NCBI GenBank assembly: GCA_964428495.1
Contig: CAYRXY010000002.1
Span: 87,512 to 151,511, forward strand
DNA length: 64,000 nt
Reading direction: 5' to 3'
Source of the DNA: an uncultured archaeon
GTDB lineage: Archaea; Aenigmatarchaeota; Aenigmatarchaeia; GW2011-AR5; JAHLMP01
Shown: positions 17,364 to 27,138 of the stretch, in pieces
Layout: every line of letters begins with the position of its first letter
How positions within the stretch are numbered: position 1 is the stretch's first letter
Translations under genes and position numbers: made by a program
The notes under the pieces: model-generated
What the model was told of the DNA's origin: nothing
Database searches by the model: none
What the model saw: the letters and a program-made list of their open reading frames with translations, nothing else

Positions 17364-19754
17364 CTAATCAACTTTCACTCTCAGTTCGTCTTTTTCAATA
17401 ACAACTTCTTTAATGTTCATCGTCTTTTGAATGATGCCTTTGATTCTCTCTACATCTTTTGGTTCCGGATAGAAGACTTTAACCCTTGCTAACTCTGCAT
17501 TCATTGCCATTCTACTTGCAACTTTATACTCTCGTAACTTTGAAATGATTTCCTTTGCAAGTTCACCAAGTCGTAGAGCGTCTTCATCTTTTAGAATTGG
17601 TTCCGGCCATTTCGACAGATGGACTGACTCGTGCCCATCATAGCGACGGAAGTAAGATTGATAAATTTCTTCAGTGATGAACGAGAGAAACGGTGCAAAA
17701 AGTTTGATAACGGATAGAAAGACTGTATACAAGGTATAGAGGATATGTTCTGGTTTTTCATTGTATAAATCACGCTTGATCATCTCCAAATAATTATCGC
17801 ACAGATCATGCCAGAAAAAGTCTTTTGTTAGTTTTAATGCCCTAGAATATTCATACTTCTCAAATGCTTCTGTTGCCTCTTCAATTACGTTGGAGAGTTT
17901 TGTTAAGATCCATCGATCCGCTATTGAAAACTCTTCCTCTGTTAATGTCTTCGGCTCATAATCTTTCAGATGTGTATATGCGAATCTAAAAGCATTCCAT
18001 AACTTATTCAACAATTTCTTTGCTGTTGTCAAATCCTTCTCTTGGAATGGAAGATCCTCACCTAGTTTTGATGTACCAGCCCAGTAACGGAAAACATCAG
18101 CACCATATTTTTCCAAAACATCTTTCAATATTATTACATTTCCCTTTGACTTAGACATCTTCTTTCCTTTGGGATCCAAACCATGCCCGGATATCATAAT
18201 TTCTTTCCAAGGAATTGATCTAGTATGTAGCCATGACTTAACGATAGTATAGAAGATCCATGTTCGTATAATGTCGTGAGCATTTGGTCTTAACGACATA
18301 GGATAAAGCTTCTTGAACATCTCATCATCTTTTTTCCATCTTGCATTTATTAGTGGTGTCAAGGACGATGTCATCCAGGTGTCAAAGACGTCCGTCTCAG
18401 GTCTTGCTTTTTCACCATTAGGACATATCTTCTCTTTTTTCGTAGGATCAACCGGCAATTCATTCTCGTCTGGAACGATCACCTCATCACCACAGTACCA
18501 GACAGGAATCGGAATTCCGTAATATCTCTGACGAGAGATACACCAGTCCCACTTAAGATTTTTAACCCAATCTTCATATCGTGCCCTGTAAAACTCTGGA
18601 AACCACTTTACCTTTCTTCCAACCTCAATCAACTCATCCTTCTTATCAAGAATTTTAATGAACCATTGCTTTGTAGGAATAAATTCAACGGGAGTACCAC
18701 AACGCCAACAAACCCCGACATTCTGCTTAAGTTTTTCTTGTTTTTCGATTCTTCCTTCCTGTTTCAGATCCTCTATAATCTTTTTTCGTGCCTCCTCAAT
18801 CTTCATTCCCTTATATCTTCCAGTAAGCTCGTTCATTAGTCCATCTTTCGTTATAGAGATCTTCATTGGAAGTTTATGTTTTTTCCACCATTCAACATCC
18901 GTGCGATCACCAAACGTAGAAACCATAACGATTCCAGTGCCAAACTCTGGATCAACTTCTTCATCAGCCATAATCTCGACTTCTTGATCGAATATTGGAA
19001 CTTTAGCTTTCTTTCCTATCAGATGTCTATATCGTTCATCATTAGGATTCACGAATATCGCAACACAAGAAGCCAAAAGCTCAGGTCTCGTGGTCGCAAT
19101 TGTGATTGACTCACCATCAATAAGGTCAAACTTTACATAGTTCAGAGTTGTTTCTCTTTCCGCTGTTTCCACTTCCGCTTGTGCTAACGCTGTTTCATGA
19201 TAAGGACACCAGATTGTTGGTTCCTCTTTTCGATAGACTTCACCGGCCTTATATAATTCTAAGAAAGAACGCTGTGCTTGCTTCTGACAATAATCATTTA
19301 TCGTCTTGTACTCATATTGTGACTCTGCAGAGAAACCGAGCATCTTGAATATTTCCTTGTATTCTTTAGCAAGTTCCGTAGACACATCTTTACACATCTT
19401 AATGAATTTATCCTTATCAATCGTATGTTTTGAAACACCAAACTTTTTCTCAACGTACTTTTCCGTCGGTAGTCCGTTATCATCAAAGCAGAACTGAAGG
19501 AAAACGTTGAAACCACACATTCTTTTGAAATGTGCAATGAAATCAAATTGAGCATAACTCATCCCATGACCAATATGCATAATTCCCGACGTGTAGATCG
19601 GTGGATTATCTATTGAGAAAACCGACTTATCACTTTTTGGATCAAATTTAAATATTCCTTTACTCCACCAAAACTCTCTCCACTTCTTTTCACCAGTATG
19701 AGGATCGTAGTGTTTTGGTAAATCCGAAGCTTTTTCAACTTTATTTTCTACCAT
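17364..19754 (-). CDS. valS: valine--tRNA ligase
   Basis: Class I motifs MHIGH and KMSKSKGN. TTRPELLASCVAIFVNPNDERY and WCISRQRYYGIPIP blocks. The 796-aa size favours ValRS over IleRS or LeuRS. Confidence 0.8.
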   Translation of the reverse strand: MVENKVEKASDLPKHYDPHTGEKKWREFWWSKGIFKFDPKSDKSVFSIDNPPIYTSGIMHIGHGMSYAQFDFIAHFKRMCGFNVFLQFCFDDNGLPTEKYVEKKFGVSKHTIDKDKFIKMCKDVSTELAKEYKEIFKMLGFSAESQYEYKTINDYCQKQAQRSFLELYKAGEVYRKEEPTIWCPYHETALAQAEVETAERETTLNYVKFDLIDGESITIATTRPELLASCVAIFVNPNDERYRHLIGKKAKVPIFDQEVEIMADEEVDPEFGTGIVMVSTFGDRTDVEWWKKHKLPMKISITKDGLMNELTGRYKGMKIEEARKKIIEDLKQEGRIEKQEKLKQNVGVCWRCGTPVEFIPTKQWFIKILDKKDELIEVGRKVKWFPEFYRARYEDWVKNLKWDWCISRQRYYGIPIPVWYCGDEVIVPDENELPVDPTKKEKICPNGEKARPETDVFDTWMTSSLTPLINARWKKDDEMFKKLYPMSLRPNAHDIIRTWIFYTIVKSWLHTRSIPWKEIMISGHGLDPKGKKMSKSKGNVIILKDVLEKYGADVFRYWAGTSKLGEDLPFQEKDLTTAKKLLNKLWNAFRFAYTHLKDYEPKTLTEEEFSIADRWILTKLSNVIEEATEAFEKYEYSRALKLTKDFFWHDLCDNYLEMIKRDLYNEKPEHILYTLYTVFLSVIKLFAPFLSFITEEIYQSYFRRYDGHESVHLSKWPEPILKDEDALRLGELAKEIISKLREYKVASRMAMNAELARVKVFYPEPKDVERIKGIIQKTMNIKEVVIEKDELRVKVD

Positions 19755-19790
19755 AGTTGAAATTTATGAAAGAAAGAATTTAAATTATGT

Positions 19791-20027
19791 TCATTTTCTA
19801 TACACTCTTCTCAACTCTGCTTCTCGATCCCTTCTAACATCGATAAATCTTTTCTTCCATTCCGAATCTTTAGACAGAAGTGCAAGTGTAGCAATTTCGT
19901 GTCTATACTTTGTATCATTCGAGTATTTCTCAAGAAAGTCTTCAAAAGTAGGTTCATCATAATGATCTCTTCCACATATTGTCATCCATGCATAGAACGC
20001 CTCAGCTCTAAGCAGCCAGTCATCCAT
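19791..20027 (-). CDS. hypothetical protein
   Basis: 78-aa ORF. No family recognised. Confidence 0.35.
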   Translation of the reverse strand: MDDWLLRAEAFYAWMTICGRDHYDEPTFEDFLEKYSNDTKYRHEIATLALLSKDSEWKKRFIDVRRDREAELRRVYRK

Positions 20028-20078
20028 AATTTTCAGAAAATTTCAAAATATTTAAAATTAATTCATATTCTCCTAATC

Positions 20079-21197
20079 ATGGCTATTGCATTTTATCCTG
20101 GAAGCTTTGATCCACCAACTATAGGTCATACCTATGTTATAGATACAATTTCAAAATTATTTGATGAAGTAATTGTAGTCGTTGCAACAAATCCTGAAAA
20201 GCGAAAAAGGTGCATATTCTCGCAAAATGAAAGAAAGGAAATTTGGGAAGAAATTGCAAAAGAATATAGAAATGTTAAGGTTGATATATTGCCTGAAGAT
20301 AAGTATTTGGCTCACTATGTTAAAGAAAAAAGGAATAACGACGTTATAATTGTTAGAGGATTGAGAAATGACCGAGACTTCTCTGAGGAATATAACATTA
20401 AGGAGTTCAACAGAAAAGAGTCCGATGCTGAAACTATTTTTGTGATTCCACCGAAGGAATTATCTGATGTCAGTTCTAGTTTCGTTAAGGGATTTGTAGG
20501 TTACGAAGGATGGGAAGATGTAATCGAGAGCTATTTACCAAGGGCGAGCTTCAAGAAGATGATAGAAAAATATAGAAAGACTAAAGAAAAATGGAATAGA
20601 TTGTGGGAAGAAATTAACGCTAAGAATGATCCAGAAAAATATTACAATATGATTCTTGAACATTATTGGGAACCACATAGAAAGTATCATAGCCTTGTTC
20701 ATATTGGCCAGTGTCTAGATGAATTTGAAATTGAAGAAAAGAAGGTAGGGCTTGCAAGAGTGCCAGAAGCTGTAGAATTTGCAATATGGTTTCATGATAT
20801 CATCTATGGTCCAAAATCAAAAACGAATGAAGAAAACAGTGCAAAGATCGCAAGAAAGGTATGTGAAAATGTTGGAATATCACAAGATTTTACCAAAAAT
20901 GTTGAGAAATTAATTCTCTATACCAAACATAAAAAAATTCCTTCTAAAGACGATATTGATGCAAGATTAATAATGGATGTGGATTTATCAAAGCTTGGTG
21001 CTTCACCGTCTATTTTTAGAAATTATACTAAAAAAATCAGAGAGGAATATTCACACATGAGTGATGAGGAATTTAGAAAAATGATTGAAGATGGCGTTGG
21101 AAAGTTTCTAGAAAGAGACTCAATTTACCTAACAGACTATTTCAAAGAAAAATATGAGGAGCGAGCAAGGAAAAATTTAGAAAAACTTATTTCCTAA
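20079..21197 (+). CDS. coaD: bacterial-type phosphopantetheine adenylyltransferase (CoaD) fused to an HD-superfamily domain
   Basis: Start reassigned to ATG 20079 (MAIAFYPGSFDPPTIGH). CoaD blocks RGLRNDRDFSEE and VSSSFVKG. The C-terminal half carries HRKYHSLVHI, WFHDIIY and DVDLSKLG, an HD phosphohydrolase pattern (COG4339-like, recalled). Confidence 0.75.
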   Translation: MAIAFYPGSFDPPTIGHTYVIDTISKLFDEVIVVVATNPEKRKRCIFSQNERKEIWEEIAKEYRNVKVDILPEDKYLAHYVKEKRNNDVIIVRGLRNDRDFSEEYNIKEFNRKESDAETIFVIPPKELSDVSSSFVKGFVGYEGWEDVIESYLPRASFKKMIEKYRKTKEKWNRLWEEINAKNDPEKYYNMILEHYWEPHRKYHSLVHIGQCLDEFEIEEKKVGLARVPEAVEFAIWFHDIIYGPKSKTNEENSAKIARKVCENVGISQDFTKNVEKLILYTKHKKIPSKDDIDARLIMDVDLSKLGASPSIFRNYTKKIREEYSHMSDEEFRKMIEDGVGKFLERDSIYLTDYFKEKYEERARKNLEKLIS

Positions 21198-22149
21198 TCA
21201 ACTCTACCAACACTTTCTCAACCTTTACTGGATCATAAAGAATTGGGCCTTCATCCAACAAAAGATCACGACCGACAAATTTTTCACCACTAACACCTTC
21301 AAATGGAACAATTTGGAGTAAGTGTGGATTTTCCTCTTTGAATTTTTTAATTCTCCCCTCATCCGGGTCTTGATTGTTGAACAAAACATAATCAAGTTCA
21401 CAGCCGATATATCTTTCCATCTCTCCTGCAAATTTCTCCACGTCAAATCCCTGCGTTTCACCGAGCTTCGTCATCGCAGGACAGATAAATATTTTCACAG
21501 CTTTACTCTCCTGTATAGTCTCCTTAATCCCCTTAGGTAAGAAACATGGAACCAACGAGGAATAAAGATCACCGGGACCAATTATGATAACATCAGCCTC
21601 TTTGATTGCAACAATAACAGGAGGATAGGTATTACCTTCAGGTCTGAGAAAGACCTCTGAAATTTTTAAATTCGCATCATGATTCTTTGGTACATCGATT
21701 TCGTCTTCACCAACAGCTTCTTCACCATTTTCTAGCTTCACTATAAGTTGAACTTGATCAGTTGTAGCCGGCAAGCAACGACCTTTAACCCTCATAAAGT
21801 CATGAACAATTTCCAAAGCCTTCTCATAATCCTTTGTTACATATTCTAGACCTGCGATAAAAACATTTGCAAAGCTATGTCCTTTATGACCTCCAGGAAA
21901 TTCTTCATGCCCAAATCTAAACTTCCACAATTTCTTTTTCCAATCCTCTGCCTCCGATAAAGCAAGAATGTGTCGACGGATATCGCCGGGTGGTAGAACA
22001 TTAAAGTCGCGACGAAGTTGACCAGTTGAACCACCATTATCGACCATGGATGTAACAGAACTAATGGAGAACTCATCATATTTTTTCAACGGCTCCAAAA
22101 CAACCTCTGGTAGACCGCTCCCACCTCCAAAGCAAAGAATCTTAATCAT
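21187..22149 (-). CDS. YvcK/CofD-family protein (UPF0052)
   Basis: ILCFGGGSGL and MVDNGGSTGQLRRDFNVLPPGDIRRH are family signatures. Confidence 0.75.
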   Translation of the reverse strand: MIKILCFGGGSGLPEVVLEPLKKYDEFSISSVTSMVDNGGSTGQLRRDFNVLPPGDIRRHILALSEAEDWKKKLWKFRFGHEEFPGGHKGHSFANVFIAGLEYVTKDYEKALEIVHDFMRVKGRCLPATTDQVQLIVKLENGEEAVGEDEIDVPKNHDANLKISEVFLRPEGNTYPPVIVAIKEADVIIIGPGDLYSSLVPCFLPKGIKETIQESKAVKIFICPAMTKLGETQGFDVEKFAGEMERYIGCELDYVLFNNQDPDEGRIKKFKEENPHLLQIVPFEGVSGEKFVGRDLLLDEGPILYDPVKVEKVLVELIRK

Positions 22150-22153
22150 AATA

Positions 22154-22750
22154 TCAACCTTTCAAAAATCCAAACGCCTCCAATACTTCTTTAATCTCCT
22201 CTTCTTTTATATCTCCCTCTCTGATCATCTTGAAGTTCTCAATGTCGTAAACCGTACTGGGTGGATTGTATGGAAGATCACCAGTATTTATGATAAGATC
22301 AATCCGCTTTGAAAATAGCTTCTTTACTCGTTCAAATTCGTAGTTTTCCTTCTCAGCACTTATGTTCGCCGATGTTGCTATAAGGGCAAGTCGCAACTTT
22401 CTTAAAATCCTTTTCATCAGTGGATGGGACGTAACGCGAAAAGAGAAGTTCTTGTTAACTGCTATAGTCAAAGGTCGTGGATAGAAAACCTGGACCAATC
22501 GCTCAGCGGCAGGAGGTATTGTCGCGTACTTTCTTGCTACTGTAATACTTGAAACTATCGTTGGTAAAATCTTTTGTTTAGATCTTCTCTTGATTTTGTA
22601 AATTTTCTTTCTAACATCTTCAAAGTCATAGATCCCACCAAGACCATAACAGGTTTCTGTTGGAAATGCAATAATACCATGATTTCTCAGCGTTTCCATA
22701 ACCCCTTCAACTATACCTTTATCTCCTACAGACATGATTCTTGCAACCAT
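22154..22750 (-). CDS. tsaC: L-threonylcarbamoyladenylate synthase (TsaC/YrdC type, single domain)
   Basis: IAFPTETCYGLGG and IATSANISAE blocks. 198 aa. Confidence 0.8.
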   Translation of the reverse strand: MVARIMSVGDKGIVEGVMETLRNHGIIAFPTETCYGLGGIYDFEDVRKKIYKIKRRSKQKILPTIVSSITVARKYATIPPAAERLVQVFYPRPLTIAVNKNFSFRVTSHPLMKRILRKLRLALIATSANISAEKENYEFERVKKLFSKRIDLIINTGDLPYNPPSTVYDIENFKMIREGDIKEEEIKEVLEAFGFLKG

Positions 22751-22802
22751 AAGATCACCGAGGATAAAAAAATTCTTTGTTTTTCAATTTTTTATATCTT
22801 TT

Positions 22803-23975
22803 ATGGATAATTCATATATGATTCTTAGAATGCGTAAAGTAATAATCAACGTTTCTATTATATATTTCCTTCTTTTAACAGGCTACAAATTGTTTTCTTT
22901 GTATTATCCACTTTATCTTAACCTGAAAGGTATTTCGCTCCTTGGCGTTGGGATTAACTACTTCTTTCTTTATTTCTCTCTCGGTATATTTTCCTTACTT
23001 TTTTCGTTTATAAGACAAGTAAAACCAAAGAGAATGATAATAGTTGCTATCAGTGGTTATGCAATATATTCCTTGGGAATGATATTCGTTTCATCAATGA
23101 CACAATTTTTGATATTTCAAGTTCTTCTTGGATTTTTTGCAGGTATGTTCTACGTTTTTGCTAGAATTACGATCTTAGAGGAAACGAAGGCAAGAGCAAG
23201 TGAATATGGATACTTTTACATTGCTCCCATCATTTCTTCTTTAATCGCCCCAATTGTTGGTGGTATTCTAATATACTTCTTTGGGTTTTTCGCAGCATTT
23301 GTTGCATCGATTGTGATTTATTTAACAGGAATTATATTCACCACAATCAACATGAATGAATTTTCAATATTTGAAAGAAAGAGAAGATTTGAAATCAAAG
23401 ATTGGTCATCAATCCTATTTTTCTTCTCGATACTTTTGGTTGTTGGAATGTACCGTGCCTTCTTCGTTTTATTCCTAAAAGGTATTGGTATGAACCAAGA
23501 TAATATCATTTTATTCATCTTAATTGTGAACGCTATTCTTTTCACCCCTTTAATTATTTCAAGAAAGTTATTTGACAAATATTCAACACGAGAATATATC
23601 TCCATAGCAACAATAATTTATGCGTTTGTTACAGCAGTGATAACTTTTAGTAGTAATGTCATAATAATTTTTTTCCTTTCTCTCATTCAATCGTTCCTCT
23701 TCATTTTCCTGGCATCCCAAAAAAGTGGCTGGTTGTCTAGAATGAGTATATATAAAAAGGAAATCGCTATCATTGATACATGTATAGAGTCCTTTGGAGT
23801 AGCAGTTGGTGCATTAATATCAGGATATCTAATTTCATCCATTTCATTTCAGTACACTTTTCTAATATTTTCAATCTTTCTAATAATTTCAACTCTAATT
23901 TTCTATTCTAGAAGTCATTTTACCACAACGCTCTTTGCCAGATTACGTGGCTTATCTGGATTAAGGCCACGATAA
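22803..23975 (+). CDS. polytopic (about 12-TM) transporter-like membrane protein, probably MFS
   Basis: ORF 22734..23975. ATG 22803 avoids overlap with the tsaC start. It is hydrophobic throughout. The last 61 nt overlap the convergent glmS 3' end. Confidence 0.5.
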   Translation: MDNSYMILRMRKVIINVSIIYFLLLTGYKLFSLYYPLYLNLKGISLLGVGINYFFLYFSLGIFSLLFSFIRQVKPKRMIIVAISGYAIYSLGMIFVSSMTQFLIFQVLLGFFAGMFYVFARITILEETKARASEYGYFYIAPIISSLIAPIVGGILIYFFGFFAAFVASIVIYLTGIIFTTINMNEFSIFERKRRFEIKDWSSILFFFSILLVVGMYRAFFVLFLKGIGMNQDNIILFILIVNAILFTPLIISRKLFDKYSTREYISIATIIYAFVTAVITFSSNVIIIFFLSLIQSFLFIFLASQKSGWLSRMSIYKKEIAIIDTCIESFGVAVGALISGYLISSISFQYTFLIFSIFLIISTLIFYSRSHFTTTLFARLRGLSGLRPR

Positions 23976-25036
23976 ACACTAGTGTAGTAAGCAAGAAGCT
24001 GTAACGGAACTACGGTAACAATTGGATAAAATATTTCATCAACATCAGGAATCTTCAAATGAACGTCAAATATTTTGTTATATTTATCAGAAACACCAAT
24101 TATGAACGCTCCTCGAGACTTTGCTTCCAAAGCATTGTTTAATGTTTCATAGTATGTATAGTCGTTTGGACATATTACAACAACTGGCGTTCCCTCCTCT
24201 ATTAAACTTAACGTACCATGCTTAAGTTCACCAGCAGGCATTCCTTCTGCATGAATATAAGAAAGTTCCTTGAGCTTCAACGATCCTTCACCCGCAATTG
24301 CAAAGTCAATGCCTCTTGCAATGAAATAAGCATCATTTCTATCCCTTATCTTCTGTGCAAGAGACTTTATTGTCTCCAAATTTTCTTCGATCGTTTCTCT
24401 TATTCTCTCAGCGATCTGAACAAGCTTTTTCTTTCCTTCTTCTACTCTATCTATTAGTGCATAAGCAAGAAGATACATAACGGCAAGCTGTGATGTAAAA
24501 GATTTTGTAGCAGCAACTCCAATTTCAGGACCACAATTCAGATAGAAAACTCGATCTGCGATTCGAGACAACGTTGATCCAGGAACATTTGTTATTGCAA
24601 TGATTTTTGCTCCTTTAGCCTTCGCTTTCTCTACACCCTCCAAAACATCAGCAGTCTCGCCTGACTGGGATACAGCTATGACAACCGTATCTTCATCAAC
24701 AGAATCAATGAAGTATTGGAACTCGGATGCCATAATAACTTCGCTGAATTTTTTAGCAATTTTTGAAAAAAGATAACGACCAATAATCGCGGCATATCTA
24801 GACGTTCCAACCGCAGCAAATATTGTGTGCTTTGCTCGAAGGATATCTAAAGCTGCTTTCAGAAGCTCTCTCTCATCCTGGTTAATCGATCGAAGAATAG
24901 CATCGGGTTGTTCCAATATCTCCTTTATCGTGTAATGTTGATGCTTCATTTCTTCGTTTACCTCATCCCAAATAATTTCTGTTATTTCTTTAGATTTTTC
25001 CAATCCCGTTTTTGCGTCAATGATTTTCATTTCCAT
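23915..25036 (-). CDS. glmS: glucosamine-6-phosphate synthase, isomerase (2x SIS) portion
   Basis: KEILEQPDAI, SQSGETADV, GVAATKSFTSQL and the C-terminal DKPRNLAKSVVVK. It begins 20 nt inside the preceding glutaminase ORF in the +1 frame. Confidence 0.85.
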   Translation of the reverse strand: MEMKIIDAKTGLEKSKEITEIIWDEVNEEMKHQHYTIKEILEQPDAILRSINQDERELLKAALDILRAKHTIFAAVGTSRYAAIIGRYLFSKIAKKFSEVIMASEFQYFIDSVDEDTVVIAVSQSGETADVLEGVEKAKAKGAKIIAITNVPGSTLSRIADRVFYLNCGPEIGVAATKSFTSQLAVMYLLAYALIDRVEEGKKKLVQIAERIRETIEENLETIKSLAQKIRDRNDAYFIARGIDFAIAGEGSLKLKELSYIHAEGMPAGELKHGTLSLIEEGTPVVVICPNDYTYYETLNNALEAKSRGAFIIGVSDKYNKIFDVHLKIPDVDEIFYPIVTVVPLQLLAYYTSVYRGLNPDKPRNLAKSVVVK

Positions 25037-25676
25037 TCAAAATCACCATTTCATTATCATCCAAAAATATTACTCTCTTTGTATGTTTTAGAAAAGCTCT
25101 TATATCGCTTGCAACAAAATACTCGTTATCACCAACGCCGACGACAAGGGGTGAACCTTTTTTAATGGAAACTAAACCAGGGAATTTCCTATGAGTTGCA
25201 ACTATTGCATTTCTTCCTTCTAACTTCAGAAATGCTTTTCTAACAGCTTCTGGAAAGTCGTTCCCTTCTTCTATATATTCTTCAATAAGATGACATACAA
25301 CTTCTGTGTCCGTTTCAGAAGAGAATCTATGACCTTTCATTTCTAGTTCTTTCTTCAACTCCTGAAAATTTTCAATAATACCGTTGTGAACAACAGCAAT
25401 ACTTTTATCTTCATTGAAGTGGGGGTGTGCATTCTCTTTTGTCACAGAACCTGCTGTTGCCCAACGTGTATGCGCAATACCAACATTTGATTCAAATGGA
25501 ATTTCAATTCTTTCCAGTTTCTCTATATCACCGACATTTTTTACGTGAAAAATATCAGAACCTGTATGAATAGCCAAACCCCATGAATCATAACCACGAT
25601 ATGTAAGCTTCTTCAAACCTTCATGAAGAAGTTGACTTGCATCTTTATGTCCAATGTAACCTATTATGCCGCACAT
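25017..25676 (-). CDS. glmS: glucosamine-6-phosphate synthase, glutaminase (Ntn) portion
   Basis: MCGIIGYIG (Cys nucleophile), RGYDSWG, HTRWATAG and HNGIIENF. It stops at residue 219, just before the interdomain linker. Confidence 0.85.
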   Translation of the reverse strand: MCGIIGYIGHKDASQLLHEGLKKLTYRGYDSWGLAIHTGSDIFHVKNVGDIEKLERIEIPFESNVGIAHTRWATAGSVTKENAHPHFNEDKSIAVVHNGIIENFQELKKELEMKGHRFSSETDTEVVCHLIEEYIEEGNDFPEAVRKAFLKLEGRNAIVATHRKFPGLVSIKKGSPLVVGVGDNEYFVASDIRAFLKHTKRVIFLDDNEMVILNGNENH

Positions 25677-25761
25677 GATAGATTTTTTATATTTTGTAGT
25701 CTATTTAAACTATTATTAAAAAATTTATATTATCATTATAAAAAATTTTATAGTGAAAAAT

Positions 25762-26694
25762 ATGACGAAATGGATTATAGAAAAAACTGATGGAGGTATA
25801 ATCGGTCTACCAACAAAAGAAGTTAAACCACAACATCTAAGGCATATATCACAAACCGCGTGGAGAATCCTCCAGGAACTTTCAAGGGAACCCAATTATC
25901 CAAAGGCTCTCGCAAGAAAATTAAGACTCCATGAACAAAAAATATATTACCATATAAGAAATCTAAAAAAGGCAGGTCTAATAAGAGTTGTAAGGCAAGA
26001 AAACATTGGTGGGATAATAGCAAATTACTACGGGCTCGACAAACCTGCATTTACTATAAAACTTCAAGAGCCAAAACCAATAAGAAATCTAAAGACCATG
26101 AAAAAAGAGCATGAAAATTTTCTTAGACCATTTGTAGAAGATGGTCAATTTAATGCATTATTTGTCGTCGGTTCTACTGAACCTCACGGTACTCACAGGG
26201 CAAAAGCTGAAGATGCAACACATGGTATAGCTATGGCACTTCTTTTTGGAAGTTTTCTTAACATTGTAAACGATTATCATGTTAAATGGGATACAGAAAT
26301 AACAAAAGGAGATCTAAATAGAAATATAATTCTAATTGGTGGTCCTGCAATCAACAGTGTAGTTTCTAAAATAAACAATAAACTCCCTATAAGATTCGTA
26401 AAGAAAGGTGAAGTTTATTATTCAATCTACTCAACAATTTCAAAGAAGCATTATACATCTGAAAATATAGGCGTAATCGTGAAAGCTAAAAACCCATTCA
26501 ATAAAGATAAATACGTATTAGTGATTGCCGGGAGAAGATATTCTGGAACTAGAGCAGCCGTAATTTCACTGATAAAGAATCTAGATGAAATAGCAAACGG
26601 AAATAGACATAATCCTAATGTTCATGCCAAGGTTGTTGATGGTATTGATCTCGATTCAGATGGACAAGTAGATTCGATCGATATAAAGGAATAA
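25762..26694 (+). CDS. winged-helix (ArsR-like) DNA-binding protein with a large uncharacterised C-terminal domain
   Basis: ISQTAWRILQELSREPNYPKALARKLRLHEQKIYYHIRNLKKAGLIRV is a wHTH pattern. The C-terminal roughly 200 aa (IILIGGPAINS...VLVIAGRRYSGTRAA) was not recognised. GTG 25753 is an alternative start. Confidence 0.55.
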   Translation: MTKWIIEKTDGGIIGLPTKEVKPQHLRHISQTAWRILQELSREPNYPKALARKLRLHEQKIYYHIRNLKKAGLIRVVRQENIGGIIANYYGLDKPAFTIKLQEPKPIRNLKTMKKEHENFLRPFVEDGQFNALFVVGSTEPHGTHRAKAEDATHGIAMALLFGSFLNIVNDYHVKWDTEITKGDLNRNIILIGGPAINSVVSKINNKLPIRFVKKGEVYYSIYSTISKKHYTSENIGVIVKAKNPFNKDKYVLVIAGRRYSGTRAAVISLIKNLDEIANGNRHNPNVHAKVVDGIDLDSDGQVDSIDIKE

Positions 26695-26748
26695 GATATA
26701 TTTTAGAGAATAGAAATATTTTTATAGTCGTTACCATAAAGTAGTTAT

Positions 26749-27138
26749 ATGGTAAAAAATATAGATAATGAAGACAAGAGAAGACCGAGGATTCTCGATG
26801 TTAAATGGAACAAACCTAACTATGACGATATTGATAGAGTATATCTTAAAGTAGTAAATTATATGATGAAAAATTATTTCGAAGCTAAGCGTATGTGGGA
26901 AAAACCGGGCTATTTTCTTGAAGTCACACTTGAATCAATAGAAGAGATGTTAAAAGAATCTATAATAATTGGAATGGACGGTATTGATGAAATGATAAAC
27001 ATAGAGGGACCGGGAAGGGATTATGCACTTTTACTTGCCGAGAAACTATCTGAAAAACTTGATAAAGTAGTTAAAGAATATAAAAGTGTTCGGATGTTAA
27101 ACTCTTTTAAAAATGAAAACAAATATCTTTTTAATTAA
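26749..27138 (+). CDS. hypothetical protein
   Basis: 129-aa ORF directly abutting the next gene. No family recognised. Confidence 0.4.
   Translation: MVKNIDNEDKRRPRILDVKWNKPNYDDIDRVYLKVVNYMMKNYFEAKRMWEKPGYFLEVTLESIEEMLKESIIIGMDGIDEMINIEGPGRDYALLLAEKLSEKLDKVVKEYKSVRMLNSFKNENKYLFN

Noticed and set aside
18313-19555. Multiple ORFs on both strands within valS (18313..18522, 18658..18987, 18876..19109, 19148..19348, 19298..19555, 19306..19497)
   Set aside because: All lie inside the 796-aa ValRS reading frame, which carries the HIGH and KMSKS motifs. They are frame shadows.
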